From contig CM119268.1 in NCBI GenBank assembly GCA_051294375.1, positions 11,257,710 through 11,321,709 of the forward strand: a stretch of DNA of 64,000 nt, given 5' to 3'. A model generated the notes under the pieces. That model worked only from the letters and a program-made list of their open reading frames with translations, had not been told where the DNA came from and made no database searches. Each line of letters begins with the position of its first letter. Positions within the stretch are counted from its first letter, which is position 1. This document shows, one piece after another, positions 61,516 through 64,000 of this stretch. The DNA is from Paraspadella gotoi (Eukaryota; Animalia; Chaetognatha). The position numbers were made by a program, and so were the translations under genes.

Positions 61516-64000
61516 GTGAGGGAACTGGTTCGGAAGAAGGGTCAGAGAAAGGTTTGACTTTTTAAAATCGCGGAGTGTGGGAATTCTAATTTGGCATAAT
61601 TTTACTTTCGCCGACCAGGGTTAGGGTTAAGGGTGGTTTAGGGGTGGGTTCACACTTTAAGTATGGCAATACATGATTACGTACCAGGTGACCCGTCACT
61701 AGCACGTTCACTATTTTCAAATTAAGTCCGGCGTGATTGGGTTTCCTGGTTCCCCTTCAGTCCCCGATTATTTCGATTATAGGTTTTTCGGCGATCCCGG
61801 AGTTGAATACGCTCTGGACGTTTATGGGAAAACCTAAATATATAATATAAATAATAAATATTAAAAAATTATGATATCTGAATTCCTTTATTTTTTTTGG
61901 ATAAATTATCCTCTTCCATTACGTTTTTTTCGTTCTTATTCTTTTTCCGTTAATTCTTTAAGAAAAACCTTATTCTTCATTTTCCATATGCTTCCTGAGC
62001 CTCCATTGATCTCCAGGAATGCCGTAAGTTTTTTGTCGATATTCCTAATTGCCTTTTCATTTCTCTCTCATATCATTCCTGTTCCCATTTCCCGGTTTTT
62101 CCCCTTCAAAAATGGAGGGAAAAAAAGTTCGGAAAACTACGGACGCGGACCGAAGTGAAAATGGGAGACGAGACCCTGATATGGAAGGGAGGGGCTCGAA
62201 GATCAGTCAAGCAAAAAATAGGAAGTAAACGAAAAAGTAAACAGAAACGATTTGTCTGTATTTTTCCCCCTTTTTTTCCCCCTTCCCAGTCGTAGAGCAT
62301 TCAGGTGTTTTAAGACTTTGGGAGACTAATGGTTTAGGTTGAAGCTTCTTTCTGTACTCTAGTCTTTACTCTTTTAACTTTTTCACTCTAGAGTTTTGAT
62401 GTTTGTATTTAAAAAATCTGAAAAAATTAAACCAAATAAAATTAGGAATAAGGCCGAAGACCCTACTCATTGGGATCTAAAAGAAACGGATCATTTATCC
62501 TCTTCATTAAAAATATAAGATAAAAAGAAAAAAAATCGTCCTTATTTATCGTTCGCGCAAAAAAAGGGCCACGACAACAAATCTTTCGTCTAATGGGGAA
62601 AATCATTTTATAAATTAATGCTCATCTTTTTTAGTAGAGAGAGAAAGGGGAGTTGGTGACGGTGTCGAGTGCAACGATGAGAGAAAATAAAAGTTCCGGG
62701 TCTGTTCACTGACTGGAAGCGTGAAAAAAATAAAATCCATGAATAGGAAGATAATGAGAAGGGGGGGGGGGCTCCAGTGTGAGCTTGGTCTCAGCCGGAG
62801 GACGGGGCCCCTCGTTCAATGATTAAACACAATTGTAGATAATCACGACGCCCCTCCCGACTCAGCCCTTTTTTTTTTTTTTTTTGCTCTTGGCTCAATT
62901 TATCATCGGAATGTTTGGCGGTTGCGATTTTTTTTTATTGTCGTATTTTATCGCTTTTCGTAGTTTATCGTCGCGATAGAAGGGGACGACAAATCGCTTG
63001 AATCATAGCGGTTTGTTTGGTGCCGAAGAATGAGGATGTTTCGCGCCACTGAACAAAAGAGTTTTGTGGAAGAGGAAATTGGTGACTTTTTTGGCACCGG
63101 ACCAGAATCCTAGGAAATAAATTTTGATCAATATTTAAGATTTACTGTTTTTTACTCTGCTTAGGAAAGGGTGCAAAATGCTACATAATATCTTGGGTTT
63201 TTTTAATTTTTTAAAAATATAATTGATAAGACTAAAAGAAAATTCTTTAAAACTTTCATTTATTCACGATATATCAGTTTTATCAACGATATTTAACAAT
63301 GAACATTCACAATGAAATGAAATTCAGCTAGAGAAATCTAGCGATCGACATTCTACAATAGCATTTAAGTTTTCAAAAAAGGCAATTTATTTCCAGATCC
63401 CGCAGGCCGTAATGAAGGTGACATCAACACAATTTTTTCTTATCTCCACGGAATCGATTCTTTGGCATCAGTTCGAGAAAATACCCTTAAAGCTCTTTGC
63501 ACCACGGTAAGTTTATTAAAAGATGTTTTAAAACTAATTTTTTTAACCGCCAAGAGTTATATGACGCACTATTTGACTTATCTCGTCGTTTTTGACAGCC
63601 ATTAGTATTAATTTGATAAAAACACGCCGAAGATTTCCTGGGAACACTCAAGTTTGTCATGAAAAATTCTCCTAATATTGAGTATTATTCAATTTTAACG
63701 ACACGTTCCATAACCTTTAATCTAATAGTAATGCAAAATAGGTTATAATGGGTCATCATTAATCTGGAATTTATAAATAGTAATTGAATTTTTTGGTGTC
63801 GAATGTTTTTTTTTTCTTTCTTAAACTTGTTCGGATCATTTTAAACCTCTCAAATCTGCGGGTTGAAATTTGATCTTGTTTGCGTTTATTAAATATCATC
63901 GACATGTTAAATTCAGCTTCGCGTTTTTGTTAAGGTTTTTGTTAACGACAGCTGGCTCTAATAAAGAAAAGTGGTATTGTCTAATACTAGTGATGATCGG

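Overview
This is animal (invertebrate-like) genomic DNA with GC-richer exons and AT-rich spliceosomal introns; the taxon cannot be fixed from the sequence alone. Bases 1-47 kb hold 14 housekeeping genes, all on the minus strand: SMG6, NDUFB8, SPR, a C-factor/sniffer SDR, an S49/SppA peptidase, IARS2, VPS9D1, FKBP39, alpha-SNAP, CZIB, a SPOP-like gene, a rhodanese, SEC23IP/DDHD2 and ZDHHC12. Stop-to-ATG gaps are about 100-1100 bp, and most start codons are preceded by an unpaired-looking splice acceptor, which suggests a trans-spliced operon. TMEM19 is transcribed divergently (+) from about 48.2 kb. The region 50-64 kb is largely non-coding, with one possible first exon near 61.4 kb. Introns carry Helentron-like (HINE/DINE) elements, a 1.3-kb foldback element with a 9-bp target-site duplication (TSD), a tRNA-derived SINE and a LINE fragment. 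The most notable signals are predicted self-cleaving ribozymes. A ~260-bp dispersed element (two intronic copies, both antisense to their host genes) folds into a circularly permuted type-P5 twister ribozyme, and several Penelope-type minimal hammerheads are present. All folds and exon boundaries were read by eye and are approximate; no database or covariance-model searches were run.
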